DNA from: an uncultured Actinomycetota bacterium
Lineage (GTDB): Bacteria; Actinomycetota; Actinomycetes; Propionibacteriales; Nocardioidaceae
Reading direction: 5' to 3'
Length of the DNA stretch: 64,000 bases
Assembly (NCBI GenBank): GCA_963713305.1
Contig: CAVQLE010000005.1
Span: 152,842 to 216,841 of the forward strand
Every line of letters starts with the position of its first letter. The stretch's first letter is position 1. Shown here in pieces: positions 31,372 to 41,027 of this stretch. Below the pieces are notes generated by a model. It made no database searches. It saw nothing but the letters and a program-made list of their open reading frames with translations, and was not told the DNA's origin. The position numbers were made by a program, and so were the translations under genes.

Positions 31372-31781
31372 CCGTCGACGTTCGAGGGCGCCTCGAGGAA
31401 CGGCCGCACCTCGATCCACTCCTGGATCGGCTCACCCCCGCGACCGGGTGCGGACGAGAGGAAGGCCGCGGCCTCGTGGGCGCGCTCGACGGAGTCGACG
31501 TCGATCACCATCCAGCCGGCGATCAGGTCCTTGGTCTCCGCGAACGGGCCGTCGGTCACCGGCGGCCTGCCCTCGCCGTCGTACCGGACGAACGTGCCGT
31601 CCGGGGACAGCGCCTGGCCGTCGACGTACTCGCCGCGCTCGCGCAGCGTGTCGGCGACGTGGCTCATGAACGCGAGGTGGGCCGAGATCTCCTCGGGAGT
31701 CCAGTCCTGCATGGGGATCGAGCCGTAGTCGGTGCGGTCGGGGCCGCCGCGGTAGTGCTTGAGCAGCAGGTACTTGGCCAT
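31368..31781 (-). CDS. YciI/DGPF family protein
   Basis: VTDGPFAETKDLIAGW; directly upstream of the ECF sigma gene. Confidence 0.93.
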   Translation of the reverse strand: MAKYLLLKHYRGGPDRTDYGSIPMQDWTPEEISAHLAFMSHVADTLRERGEYVDGQALSPDGTFVRYDGEGRPPVTDGPFAETKDLIAGWMVIDVDSVERAHEAAAFLSSAPGRGGEPIQEWIEVRPFLEAPSNVDG

Positions 31782-31819
31782 GGTTCTCTCCTTGTCTCCG
31801 TCACCGACATCCTCGGCGA

Positions 31820-32682
31820 TCACACCAGGGACGGAGCGGGCCCGCCATTCTCGACATGACTGGTCTCGACATGACTGGTCTCGACAGCACTCACCAGTGG
31901 GACGTCTGCGCCGGGCTCGAGCCGCACCAGCCGGTCGAGCAGGTCGCGCTCGGCCAGCGCGCGCTCGAAACGCCGGCCGGTCTCCGGCAGCCAGCGGGGC
32001 AGCCCGCCGAGCATGTCCTCGGGGCTGAACGTCCCCCAGTGGATCGGCAGCACGCGCGCGGCCGCCGACCAGCTCCGCGGCCTCGGCCGCCCGCTCCTCG
32101 TCGAGGTGGCCGGCGCCGAGCGTCTTCCACCATCCGGAGATGGGGACGGCGGCGAGGTCGACCGGGCCGAAGTCGGCCATCTCGGGGAACAGGTCGGTGT
32201 CGCCCGCGAACCACATCCGCCGACCGTTCCCCGCGATCACGTAGCCGACGGCGGCCGCCTCCCGCCGGTCGACATGGCTGCGGAGCGGGCTGTGGTCGGC
32301 GTGCGACGACCTCGATCCGCGCCCCGCCGCGCTCGACCACGTCTCCGGCGACGACCTCCTCGACCCGGGGCGAACCGACCTTCGGCAGGTGGACCGCCGC
32401 GCCCCGCGGGACGACCACCGTGGCTTCCGGCGAGGCCTCCAGCACGTAGCGGAGCGAGCGCTTGTGGAGGTGGTCGGCGTGGGCGTGGGAGATGAGCACG
32501 ACGTCGGTGCGGCGGACCGACCGGTCCGGCGGCGCCGTACGACGCCTCAGGTGGCCGAGCCGCTGGGTGAGCGCCGGGTCGGTCAGCACGCGGACCCCGG
32601 CCACCTCGACGAGGATGGTCGCGTGGCCGACCCAGGTGACGAGCGCCGGGCCGGCTATGGCTTGACCGCGATCACCCAGCAC
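31820..32682 (-). CDS. MBL-fold metallo-hydrolase (frameshifted; start uncertain)
   Basis: WVGHAT, LTDP, ISHAHADHL, FAGDT, PIHWGT. Confidence 0.85.
31830..31886 (-). promoter_or_regulatory. Putative ECF42-type promoter (TGTCGA-N17-CGTC) with the -35 triplicated by a 15-bp tandem repeat
   Basis: TCGACA on + strand at 31851, 31866 and 31881; GACG at 31830-31833. Confidence 0.55.
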
Positions 32683-33041
32683 GGCGCCTCGAGCAGGATC
32701 CGCTGGGCGGTGCTGCCCATGATCAGCTTGCCGACCGGCGTCCGGTGGCGCATCCCGATGACGATCACCGGGTCGTCGGCCTCGCGCGCCGCGTTCACGA
32801 GGTCCTCAGCGGCGTCGACGCCGACCTGCTGCCGCAGCTCGTGGGGCACGCCGGACTCGGCGAGCCGGGCCTCGAGCTGGGACAGCGCCGACTCGCCCAG
32901 GTAGCGCTTGTCGACCAGCGCGTCGCCCCGCGAGGCGTTCAGCACCAGCAGCGACGTGTCGCGGCGGCGCGCCTCCTCGATCCCGGCCGCCAGCGCCGCC
33001 TCGCCGTACTCGTCGGGGATGTAGCCCACCAGGACCGTCAC
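32655..33041 (-). CDS. Universal stress protein
   Basis: VLVGY, IVIGMRHRTPVGKLIMGSTAQRILL. Confidence 0.92.
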   Translation of the reverse strand: MTVLVGYIPDEYGEAALAAGIEEARRRDTSLLVLNASRGDALVDKRYLGESALSQLEARLAESGVPHELRQQVGVDAAEDLVNAAREADDPVIVIGMRHRTPVGKLIMGSTAQRILLEAPCWVIAVKP

Positions 33042-34555
33042 GGTGCAACCTCCGCCTTCTCGTCGTCCGGGGTGCGGATCCGGCCGAGCGCGACCGGCAC
33101 GATCAGCGCCAGCGCGATCAGGATGTAGACCACGATCGCGAGACTCTCGCTGAAGAGTCCGCTGATGTCGCCGCTCGACAGGTCGAGCGCCTCGCGCAGC
33201 TTGACCTCCATCAGCGGGCCGAGGATGACACCGAGGATCAGCGGCAGGACCGGGATGCCGAAGCGGCGGATCGCGAAGCCGACGCCGCCGAAGAACAGCA
33301 GCAGCGCCAGGTCGAAGGGATCCTGCGCGACGGAGTAGGCGCCGAGGGTGGCGAAGAACAGGATGCCGGCGTAGAGCTGCGGCCGCGGGATCCGCAGCAG
33401 CTTGGCCCAGAGCGGTGCCAGCGGCAGGTTGATCACCAGCAGCAGCGCGTTGCCGATCAACAGGCTGGCCAGCAGCGTCCAGACCAGGTCGGGCTGGTCG
33501 TCCATGAGCGTCGGACCCGGCACGATGCCGTACGACGTGAGCGCGGCCAGCAGGATCGTGGCGGTCGCGGTCACGGGAAGACCGAGCGCCAGCAGCGGCA
33601 CGAACATGCCGGCCGCGCTGGCGTTGTTGGCCGCCTCCGGCCCGGCCACGCCCTCGATGGCGCCCTGGCCGAACTCGTCGTCGCCGCCGCGGCGTTTCGC
33701 CAGCTTCCGCTCGGTCACGTAGGACAGGAAGGTCGGTGTCTCGGCGCCACCGGCCGGCACGGCGCCGAACGGGAAGCCGAGCGCGGTGCCGCGGAGCCAC
33801 GGTCCGGCCGACCGGCGCCAGTCGTCGCGACCCATGAACGGCTGGCCGACCGGGATCACCTCGACCGGGTTGCGACTCAGGTGGGCAGCGGTCCAGAAGG
33901 CCTCGCCCAGCGCGAAGACGCCGACCGCCACGATCACGATCCCGACGCCGTCGGCCAGCTCGAGCGTGCCGAAGGTGAGCCGCGCCTGCGCGGTGGACTG
34001 GTCCATGCCGATGAGCCCGATGGTGAGGCCCATGAAGAGGCCGGCGAACCCGCGGATCTTCGACTGGCCCAGCACGCTGGTGACCAGGACCAGCGACAGC
34101 AGCATGATCGCGAAGAACGTCGGCGCGCCGACCTTGACCGCCTGGGCGGCGAGGGCGGGCGTGAAGAACGCGACCAGCAGGGTGCCGATGGTGCCCGCGA
34201 TGAACGAACCGATGGCGGCCGTGGCGAGGGCCTGGGCGGCCCGACCCCGCTTGGCCATCTTGTTGCCCTCGATGGCGGTCATGACCGAGGCAGACTCGCC
34301 GGGGGTGTTGAGCAGGATCGAGGTCGTCGAGCCGCCGTACATGCCGCCGTAGTAGATGCCCGCGAAGATGACCATCGACTCGGTGACGTCGAGGCCGTAG
34401 GTGATCGGCAGCAGCAGCGCGACGGCCATGGCCGGTCCGATCCCGGGCAGCACGCCGACGAACGTCCCGAGCAGGACCCCGATGGCGGCGTAGAGCAGCA
34501 GCTGGGGGGTGAAGGCGTTGGCGAAGCCGCCGGCGAGGAGGTCGAGGGTCTCCAT
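33038..34555 (-). CDS. tctA: Tripartite tricarboxylate transporter large permease
   Basis: [33 protein letters not shown]. Confidence 0.96.
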   Translation of the reverse strand: METLDLLAGGFANAFTPQLLLYAAIGVLLGTFVGVLPGIGPAMAVALLLPITYGLDVTESMVIFAGIYYGGMYGGSTTSILLNTPGESASVMTAIEGNKMAKRGRAAQALATAAIGSFIAGTIGTLLVAFFTPALAAQAVKVGAPTFFAIMLLSLVLVTSVLGQSKIRGFAGLFMGLTIGLIGMDQSTAQARLTFGTLELADGVGIVIVAVGVFALGEAFWTAAHLSRNPVEVIPVGQPFMGRDDWRRSAGPWLRGTALGFPFGAVPAGGAETPTFLSYVTERKLAKRRGGDDEFGQGAIEGVAGPEAANNASAAGMFVPLLALGLPVTATATILLAALTSYGIVPGPTLMDDQPDLVWTLLASLLIGNALLLVINLPLAPLWAKLLRIPRPQLYAGILFFATLGAYSVAQDPFDLALLLFFGGVGFAIRRFGIPVLPLILGVILGPLMEVKLREALDLSSGDISGLFSESLAIVVYILIALALIVPVALGRIRTPDDEKAEVAP

Positions 34556-35055
34556 CAGAGGATCCCGTCCAGGATGCCGGCGGGCAGCGGGACGCCGAGG
34601 TACCAGAAGAAGTACCAGCTCGCCACCGACATCACCGCGCCGACGATCAGGTCACCCACGAGCGACTTGCTGCCGAGCGCCCACGCGGCGCCCGCGAACA
34701 GCAGCGCGCCGGTGATCGCCCAGCCGATCACGTTCACCAGGAGCAGGTTGAGGACCAGGATCCCGACCAGCTTGAGGACGGTTGTCCAGTCGGCCGGCGA
34801 CGTCAGGTCGACGTCCTCGCCCTCCTCGCCCTGGGCGACGTCGCCGCGGGCGGTCGCGACCGCGAGCAGCACCGCGATGACGCACATGCCGGCTCCGACC
34901 ATGTAGGGGAAGACGCGCGGCCCGATCGGGTCGCCGAAGCCCACCTCGAGGCCGCGGGCGTCGATGATCGTCCAGATGCCGACGACCAGCAGCGCGGCAG
35001 CCAGGCCGTACTGCGCCTTGTCGACCGTGGGTCTGGTCTCCACCTTCTCGGTCAC
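34555..35055 (-). CDS. tctB: Tripartite tricarboxylate transporter small subunit
   Basis: GPRVFP, four TMs, LGVPLPAG; lies between tctC and tctA. Confidence 0.92.
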   Translation of the reverse strand: MTEKVETRPTVDKAQYGLAAALLVVGIWTIIDARGLEVGFGDPIGPRVFPYMVGAGMCVIAVLLAVATARGDVAQGEEGEDVDLTSPADWTTVLKLVGILVLNLLLVNVIGWAITGALLFAGAAWALGSKSLVGDLIVGAVMSVASWYFFWYLGVPLPAGILDGIL

Positions 35056-36045
35056 AGCAGCCCCAGCTCCTCGAGGGTCCCGGAGACCCGTTGGTCCTGC
35101 TCGTCGATGAACGTCGCGAACTCGTCGCCGGTCTTGAAGTCGTCGGTCCAGCCGTTCTCCTCCAGCTCCGCCTGCCAGCCGGGGCTGTCGTGCATCGTCT
35201 CGAGGTAGCCGATCAGCTCCTCGGTCCGCTCGTCGCTGATCTCCGGCGGGGCGAGCACCCCGCGCCAGTTGAGGAAGACCAGGTCGATCTCGGACTCGAC
35301 CAGGGTGGGCACGTCGGCGAACTGACTCCCCTCCGGATAGCGCTCGTCACCGGACACGGCGAGCACCCGCAGGTCGCCCTCCTCGACGTAGCCGGCGAAC
35401 TCGGCGAGCCCGGAGAAGCCGACGCCGATCTTCTCGCCGAGCAGCGCGCTGGTCAGCGGCCCGCCGCCGTCGTAGCGTCACGTAGTTGACGTCGTTGGGG
35501 TCGATACCGAGCTCGGCCGCGAGCTGCATCGGGAAGAGGTGGTCGGGCCCACCGGGCGACGAGCCGCCGCCGATCGGGATCGAGCCCGGATCGGCCTTCC
35601 ATGCCTCGGCGAAGTCCTCGACCGTCTGGTACGGCGAGTCGGCGGCGACCAGGATGCCCTCGGGCTCGCTCATCAGCTGGGCCAGCGGGGTGCCGTCGCT
35701 GACGTCGTACTCGCTCGCAAAGGAGTAGGTCGACCCCACCACGCCGAGCCCGACGGTCATCATCGTGTTCTCGTCACCGGCCCGGCCCATCAGCGAGGTC
35801 ATGGCTCCGGCACCGCCGGCGCCGACGATGTTGTCGACCGTGAACGACCCGCCGGTGATGTCGTCCTCCTCCATCACCGCCACCGCCGCGCGGCCGGTCT
35901 GGTCGTAACCGCCGCCCGGGCTGTTGGGGATGATCATCAGCAGGTCGCGGCTGTCGTCGCCGCGGGTGACGCCGCAGCCCGCGAGCGTGGCGACCAGCAG
36001 CAGGGTGCCGGCGATCCGAGCCGAGTGGTGTCGCACGTTTGCCAT
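35052..36045 (-). CDS. tctC: Tripartite tricarboxylate transporter substrate-binding lipoprotein (frameshift near 35475)
   Basis: LAGC lipobox, PNSPGGGYD, NIVGAGG, VPTLVE, NWRGVLAP. Confidence 0.92.
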
Positions 36046-36103
36046 CGTGCCGTGCCGAGAACTCACTGTCGAGGATCGCACCGGTGCCTCTAGTGTCGGA
36101 CGG

Positions 36104-37780
36104 GTGACCGAACGACGCGTGGATGCCATCGCCGACCGCTACCTCGAGGAGTACGTCGCCCTCGATCCGATCACCGCCACCTACATCGGGGTCGACGGCC
36201 ACGACGACCGGCTGACCGACCTGTCGCCCGACGGCTACTCGGCACGCGAGGAGCTGACCCGCGTGGCGCTCGCCGAGGCGCGGGACGCAACACCGGTCGA
36301 CGACCGCGAGGCGGTGGCCCGCGACGCGTTCCTCGAGCGGCTCGGGCTGGCGGTCGAGATGGCCGACGCCGGTGAGCTCCGGAGCCGGATCTCCGTCGTC
36401 TTCAGCGACCTCCACGCAGTCCGCCAGGCCTTCGACCTGATGCCGAAGGAGGGCGAGCAGGGCTGGTCCGACGTCGACAGCCGGCTCGCGGCGGTCCCGA
36501 CCGCGCTCGGCCAGCTGCGCACGACGTTGCGCGAGGAGGCAGCCCGGGGACGGGTCTCGGCCGCGCGGCAGTACCGCGAGGTCGCCGTCCAGGTCGCTGG
36601 CTGGACCGGGCGCAGCGGGGCCGGCGGCGACATGCTCGGCACGATGGTCGCCGACTGCGACGTCGAGACGCTCAAGCCGCAGCTGGAGCGCCACGCCGCC
36701 GCGGCCAACGCGGCCCTCGACGAGTTCGGCAGCTTCCTCGAGCAGGAGATGGTGCCGCTCGGTTCGGAGCGCGACGCCGTGGGCCGTGATCGCTACGCCC
36801 TCCACTCCCGCGACTCGCTCGGCGCCACGGTCGACCTCGAGGAGACCTACGCCTGGGGCTGGGAGGAGCTGAAGCGACTCTCCGACGACATGGCCGCGAC
36901 CGCCGACCGGATCCTGCCGGGGGCCTCGCGCGACGAGGCGGTCGCCCACGTCGAAGCCGACCCCACCCGCCGGATCGAGGGCCGCGAGGCGTTCCGCGAC
37001 TGGATGCAGGGCCTCGCCGACCGGGCGCTGGACGAGCTCGCCGACGTCCACTTCGACATCCCGGAGCCGGTACGGCGCATCGAGTGCCGGCTGGCCCCCA
37101 CGAACGACGGCGGGGTCTACTACACCGGCCCGTCGGAGGACTTCAGCCGTCCGGGGCGGATGTGGTGGTCGGTGCCCGACGGGATCGACGCCTTCTTCCC
37201 CTGGCGCGAGACGACGACCGTGTTCCACGAGGGCGTGCCCGGCCACCACCTCCAGGTCGGCCAGACCGCCTACCGCAGCGAGGTGCTGAACCGCTGGCAG
37301 CGGCTGATGTGCTGGGTGAGCGGCCACGGCGAGGGCTGGGCGCTCTACGCCGAGCGGCTGATGGACGAGCTCGGCTACCTCGACGACCCGGCCGACCGGC
37401 TCGGGATGCTCGACGCCCAGGGCTTCCGGGCGGCCCGGGTGATCGTCGACATCGGGATGCACCTGGAGCTCGAGATCCCCCGCGACAACCCGTTCGGCTT
37501 CCACCCCGGCGAGCGCTGGACACCCGACCTCGGCTTCGCGTTCATGCGCGAGCACTCGGCCGAGGACGACGCGATGCTCCGGTTCGAGGTCAACCGCTAC
37601 CTGGGCTGGCCGGGCCAGGCGCCGTCGTACAAGGTCGGCGAGCGGATCTGGCTCGACGCCCGCGCCCAGGCGCAGGAGCGCGCCGGCGACGCGTTCGACC
37701 TCAAGACGTTCCACCGGCAGGCCCTCGACCTCGGCTCGCTGGGCCTCGAGCCGCTGCAGCAGGCCCTGGCCCGGCTGTGA
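36104..37780 (+). CDS. DUF885 family protein (metallopeptidase-like)
   Basis: HEGVPGHHLQ, EGWALYAE, WPGQAPSYKVG. Confidence 0.93.
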   Translation: MTERRVDAIADRYLEEYVALDPITATYIGVDGHDDRLTDLSPDGYSAREELTRVALAEARDATPVDDREAVARDAFLERLGLAVEMADAGELRSRISVVFSDLHAVRQAFDLMPKEGEQGWSDVDSRLAAVPTALGQLRTTLREEAARGRVSAARQYREVAVQVAGWTGRSGAGGDMLGTMVADCDVETLKPQLERHAAAANAALDEFGSFLEQEMVPLGSERDAVGRDRYALHSRDSLGATVDLEETYAWGWEELKRLSDDMAATADRILPGASRDEAVAHVEADPTRRIEGREAFRDWMQGLADRALDELADVHFDIPEPVRRIECRLAPTNDGGVYYTGPSEDFSRPGRMWWSVPDGIDAFFPWRETTTVFHEGVPGHHLQVGQTAYRSEVLNRWQRLMCWVSGHGEGWALYAERLMDELGYLDDPADRLGMLDAQGFRAARVIVDIGMHLELEIPRDNPFGFHPGERWTPDLGFAFMREHSAEDDAMLRFEVNRYLGWPGQAPSYKVGERIWLDARAQAQERAGDAFDLKTFHRQALDLGSLGLEPLQQALARL

Positions 37781-38385
37781 CGCCGCTCGTCCTCGCGTCG
37801 CAGTCCCCGGCGCGGCTCGCGACGCTGCGCTCGGCCGGCATCGAGCCGGTCGTGGTCGTCTCCGGGGTCGACGAGTCGCAGCTGGCCGACCTGCCGCCGG
37901 CGGAGCTCGCGCTGCAGCTGGCCGAGCTGAAGTGTGCCGCGGTCGCGACCCGCTCCTCCCTTCCCTCGGGCGCGCTGGTCCTCGGCTGCGACTCCGTCCT
38001 CGAGCTCGACGGGGCCGCGCTGGGGAAGCCGGACGACGCCGCCGACGCCGTACGCCGCTGGCAGTCGATGCGCGGCCGCGCCGGCGTCCTCCACACCGGC
38101 CACTGCCTGCGCGACACCACGACCGGTCACGTCGCCGCCGCGACCGGCTCCACCAGCGTGCACTTCGCCGACCTCTCCGACGCGGAGATCGCGGCGTACG
38201 TCGCCACCGGTGAGCCGCTCCACGTCGCCGGCGCCTTCACCGTCGACGGGATCGGCGGTGCGTTCGTGACCCGGATCGAGGGCGACCACCACAACGTGGT
38301 CGGTCTCAGCCTCCCCCTCCTCCGCGACCTGGTCGCCGAGCTCGGCCACGCCTGGCCCGACCTGTGGGCCGACGTTTCTGGGTAA
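37777..38385 (+). CDS. maf: Maf family nucleoside triphosphate pyrophosphatase
   Basis: LVLASQSPAR, LGCDS, GKP, EPLHVAGAF, NVVGL. Confidence 0.94.
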   Translation: MTPLVLASQSPARLATLRSAGIEPVVVVSGVDESQLADLPPAELALQLAELKCAAVATRSSLPSGALVLGCDSVLELDGAALGKPDDAADAVRRWQSMRGRAGVLHTGHCLRDTTTGHVAAATGSTSVHFADLSDAEIAAYVATGEPLHVAGAFTVDGIGGAFVTRIEGDHHNVVGLSLPLLRDLVAELGHAWPDLWADVSG

Positions 38386-38451
38386 CGGTCCTTTGGTGTC
38401 GCTCCTGCGCCGTTGTAACGGGGCGGGAGCGACACCAACGGACCGTTACCC
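38380..38451. repeat. 72-bp near-perfect palindrome between convergent genes
   Basis: 35-bp arms with 3 mismatches and a 2-nt loop; each arm contains the TAA stop of a flanking gene. Confidence 0.85.
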
Positions 38452-38916
38452 GACCCTGTCGCGCTCGGTTTCCTGCTCCCGGTGCGGGAAGACGAAGGCC
38501 CGCCACGCGAAGAAGCGGGTGACGAAGCCGAGGAACAGGCCCACCACGTTGGCGGCGAGGTTGTCGGCGAGCGCGCTGTCGTTGTTGAACACGTTGCGGC
38601 TGATCCACAGGCAGGCCACGGGGATGATGAGGCTGGCCCAGCTGATCAGGAAGAAGGCCACGACGCCACCCGCGAAGCCGGTGGCACTACGGTGCCGGAA
38701 CGCCCATGACCGGCTGAGCCAGTAGGTCAGGAGGGTCGAGAGCACGTTGGCGATCAGGAACCCGGTGATCACGTGCGCGCCGAGCACGGGCTCGTCGTAC
38801 CCGGGGTCCCAGTGGACCAGCATGTTGAAGAGCAGGATGGCGGCGATCGAGGAGATCGTCCCGGCGATGGCGGACCGGCTGAACTCCCCCGCGAGCCGCT
38901 GCCACTTAGGCGTCAC
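38446..38916 (-). CDS. GtrA family membrane protein
   Basis: Four TMs; YWLSRSWAFRHR; RFFAWRAFVF. Confidence 0.85.
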   Translation of the reverse strand: MTPKWQRLAGEFSRSAIAGTISSIAAILLFNMLVHWDPGYDEPVLGAHVITGFLIANVLSTLLTYWLSRSWAFRHRSATGFAGGVVAFFLISWASLIIPVACLWISRNVFNNDSALADNLAANVVGLFLGFVTRFFAWRAFVFPHREQETERDRVG

Positions 38917-38985
38917 GCGGCAAGGCTAGCGGCCGGGGCAGCGAGGCTGTCGCACCTGCTCCCCTCGCCGTGTGAGCCTTGTCCG

Positions 38986-39762
38986 GTGGACTACCTCACC
39001 TTCGGCCTCGGGCTGCTGGCCCTGACGGCGGTCACGGTCGGGCTGGGACTCTGGGCGGGCGTCGGGCTGGGGGTGCTGCCGACGTGGTCGATCGTCCGGG
39101 CCTCCGTACAGCTCACGATCATCGCGCTCCTGCTCCGGGGGATCCTCGCCGAGCCGTGGACCGTCGTGCTGTTCCTCGCGCTCATGCTCAGCACGGCCTC
39201 GTGGACGGCGGCCGGCCGGCTCCGCGAGCTGCGGCACGGACGGCGGATCGCGGTCGTCGGTGTCCTTGCGGGCGCCACCCTGTCGCTGACCCTGATCTTC
39301 CTGCTGCAGCTCGTGGAACTCGACGTGCGCTACCTGATCGCCGTCGCCGGCATCGTCATCGGCAACGCCATGACGGCCGCGACGCTGGCGGGCCGCAACT
39401 TCCTGCGCGCCTCACGGCTGCGACGTGGCGAGATCGAGGCAATGTTCGCCCTGGGTGCGATGCCGCCACTGGCGCACGAGGACATCGGCCGGGAGGCGGT
39501 GCGTGAGTCGATGCTGCCGACCCTCGACCAAGCCCGGTCGACGGGTCTGGTCACCCTGCCTGGCGCCTTCGTCGGCGCGCTGTTCGGCGGTGCCAGCCCG
39601 GCCGAAGCGGCTCAGTTCCAGCTGGTCGTGCTCGCCGGGATCGGGCTGGCGATGATGACCACGGGCATCGTGGTCACGCGCCTCGCCGGCCGGGCGCCCT
39701 ACGCACCGCCGATGAGCCCGGAGCCGGTCACTCCACCGGCAGGCCGAGGCCGCGGGCGATGA
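38986..39762 (+). CDS. UPF0014/FetB-like ABC transporter permease
   Basis: RASVQL, GIVIGNAM, GLVTLPGAFVG, P.EAAQFQ. Confidence 0.88.
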   Translation: MDYLTFGLGLLALTAVTVGLGLWAGVGLGVLPTWSIVRASVQLTIIALLLRGILAEPWTVVLFLALMLSTASWTAAGRLRELRHGRRIAVVGVLAGATLSLTLIFLLQLVELDVRYLIAVAGIVIGNAMTAATLAGRNFLRASRLRRGEIEAMFALGAMPPLAHEDIGREAVRESMLPTLDQARSTGLVTLPGAFVGALFGGASPAEAAQFQLVVLAGIGLAMMTTGIVVTRLAGRAPYAPPMSPEPVTPPAGRGRGR

Positions 39763-40924
39763 GCATCCGCTGGACCTCGCTGGTGCCCTCGCCGATCTCG
39801 AGCACCTTGGCGTCGCGGTAGAAGCGGACGACGGGGTACTCCTCCATGAAGCCGTAGCCGCCGAAGACCTGCGTCGCGATGCGCGTGCCGGTGACGGCCG
39901 ACTCGGTCGCGTAGAGCTTGGCGACGGCGGCGGCCTGCTTGAAGTCCTTGGTCGAGACCGCGTGGCCTGCGTCCATGGCGTCCTTCATCGCGGCCGCCTT
40001 GTAGACCAGCATCCGCGACGCGTCGAGCATCACCTGGAGGTCCGCGATCTGGAAGGCGAGCCCCTGCTTGCGCCCGATGGGTACGCCGAACGTCTGCCGC
40101 TCGCCGGCGTACTGCACCGACATGTCGAGGCAGGCCTGGAGGCAGCCGACGGCGAGTGCCGCGATCGCGACCCGGCCGTCGTCGAGCGTGGCCAGGAACT
40201 GGGCGAAGCCGCGACCGCGGTCGCCGAGCAGGTTGGCCTCGGGGACCCGGCAGTCGTCGAACGACAGCGGGTGGGTGTCGGAGGCGTGCCAGCCGAGCTT
40301 GTCGTAGGCCTTCTCGGCGGTGAAGCCGGGGGTGTCGGCGGGCACGATGATGGCCGAGATCTCGGGCTTGCCGCCCTCGGCCTCGCCGGTCTTGGCGGTC
40401 ACCGTCACGCACGAGGTGAGGTCGGAGCCGGAGTTGGTGATGAACTGCTTCGCGCCGTTGACGACCCACTCGCCGTCAGTGAGCACCGCCTTGGTCCTGG
40501 TCGCGCCCGCGTCGGAGCCGGCGCCGGGCTCGGTGAGGCCGAAGCCGGCCAGCGTGTCGCCCGCGACCAGGTCGGGCAGCCAGGTCTGCTTCTGCTCGTC
40601 GGTGCCGTAGGTCAGGATCGGGTTGATGCCGAGGCCGACCGCGGCCTCGAGCGTGATGCCCATCGACTGGTCGACCCGGCCGATCTCCTCGATCGCGAGG
40701 CAGAGGCTGGTGAACCCGCCGTCCTCGCCGGCCAGCCCGGCGCCGCCGTACTCCTCAGGGGCGGTGAGCCCCATCAGCCCGAGCTGGCCCATCTTCTGCA
40801 CGACGTCGACGGGGAAGTGGTGGTCGCGGTCCCACTGCGAGGCGTGGGGCGCGATCTCCTTCTCGGCGAAGTCGCGGACGGTACGACGGAACTGCTCGTG
40901 CTCGGCAGACAACTCGAAGCTCAT
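39728..40924 (-). CDS. Acyl-CoA dehydrogenase
   Basis: FGLTEPGAGSD, NGAKQFITN, QVFGGYGF, EIGEGTSEVQR. Confidence 0.96.
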   Translation of the reverse strand: MSFELSAEHEQFRRTVRDFAEKEIAPHASQWDRDHHFPVDVVQKMGQLGLMGLTAPEEYGGAGLAGEDGGFTSLCLAIEEIGRVDQSMGITLEAAVGLGINPILTYGTDEQKQTWLPDLVAGDTLAGFGLTEPGAGSDAGATRTKAVLTDGEWVVNGAKQFITNSGSDLTSCVTVTAKTGEAEGGKPEISAIIVPADTPGFTAEKAYDKLGWHASDTHPLSFDDCRVPEANLLGDRGRGFAQFLATLDDGRVAIAALAVGCLQACLDMSVQYAGERQTFGVPIGRKQGLAFQIADLQVMLDASRMLVYKAAAMKDAMDAGHAVSTKDFKQAAAVAKLYATESAVTGTRIATQVFGGYGFMEEYPVVRFYRDAKVLEIGEGTSEVQRMLIARGLGLPVE

Positions 40925-40932
40925 GAGGGGAT

Positions 40933-40974
40933 GCTACCGCCGTTGGTTAGCGTTTGTTAACCAACGGCGGTAGC
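40933..40974. promoter_or_regulatory. 17-bp perfect inverted repeat with a GTTAG-N6-TTAAC core overlapping the acyl-CoA dehydrogenase promoter (putative TetR operator)
   Basis: GCTACCGCCGTTGGTTA-gcgtttgt-TAACCAACGGCGGTAGC; TAGCAT -10 lies 6 nt before ATG 40924. Confidence 0.65.
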
Positions 40975-40989
40975 CACCCACGGTGGAGG

Positions 40990-41025
40990 CCTGCGCCAGG
41001 CCGGTGCAGACCGGCCTGGCACAGG
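40990..41025 (-). terminator. Hairpin after the serine protease gene
   Basis: CCTGCGCCAGGCCGGT-gcag-ACCGGCCTGGCACAGG, 2 nt after the stop codon. Confidence 0.6.
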
Positions 41026-41027
41026 GG

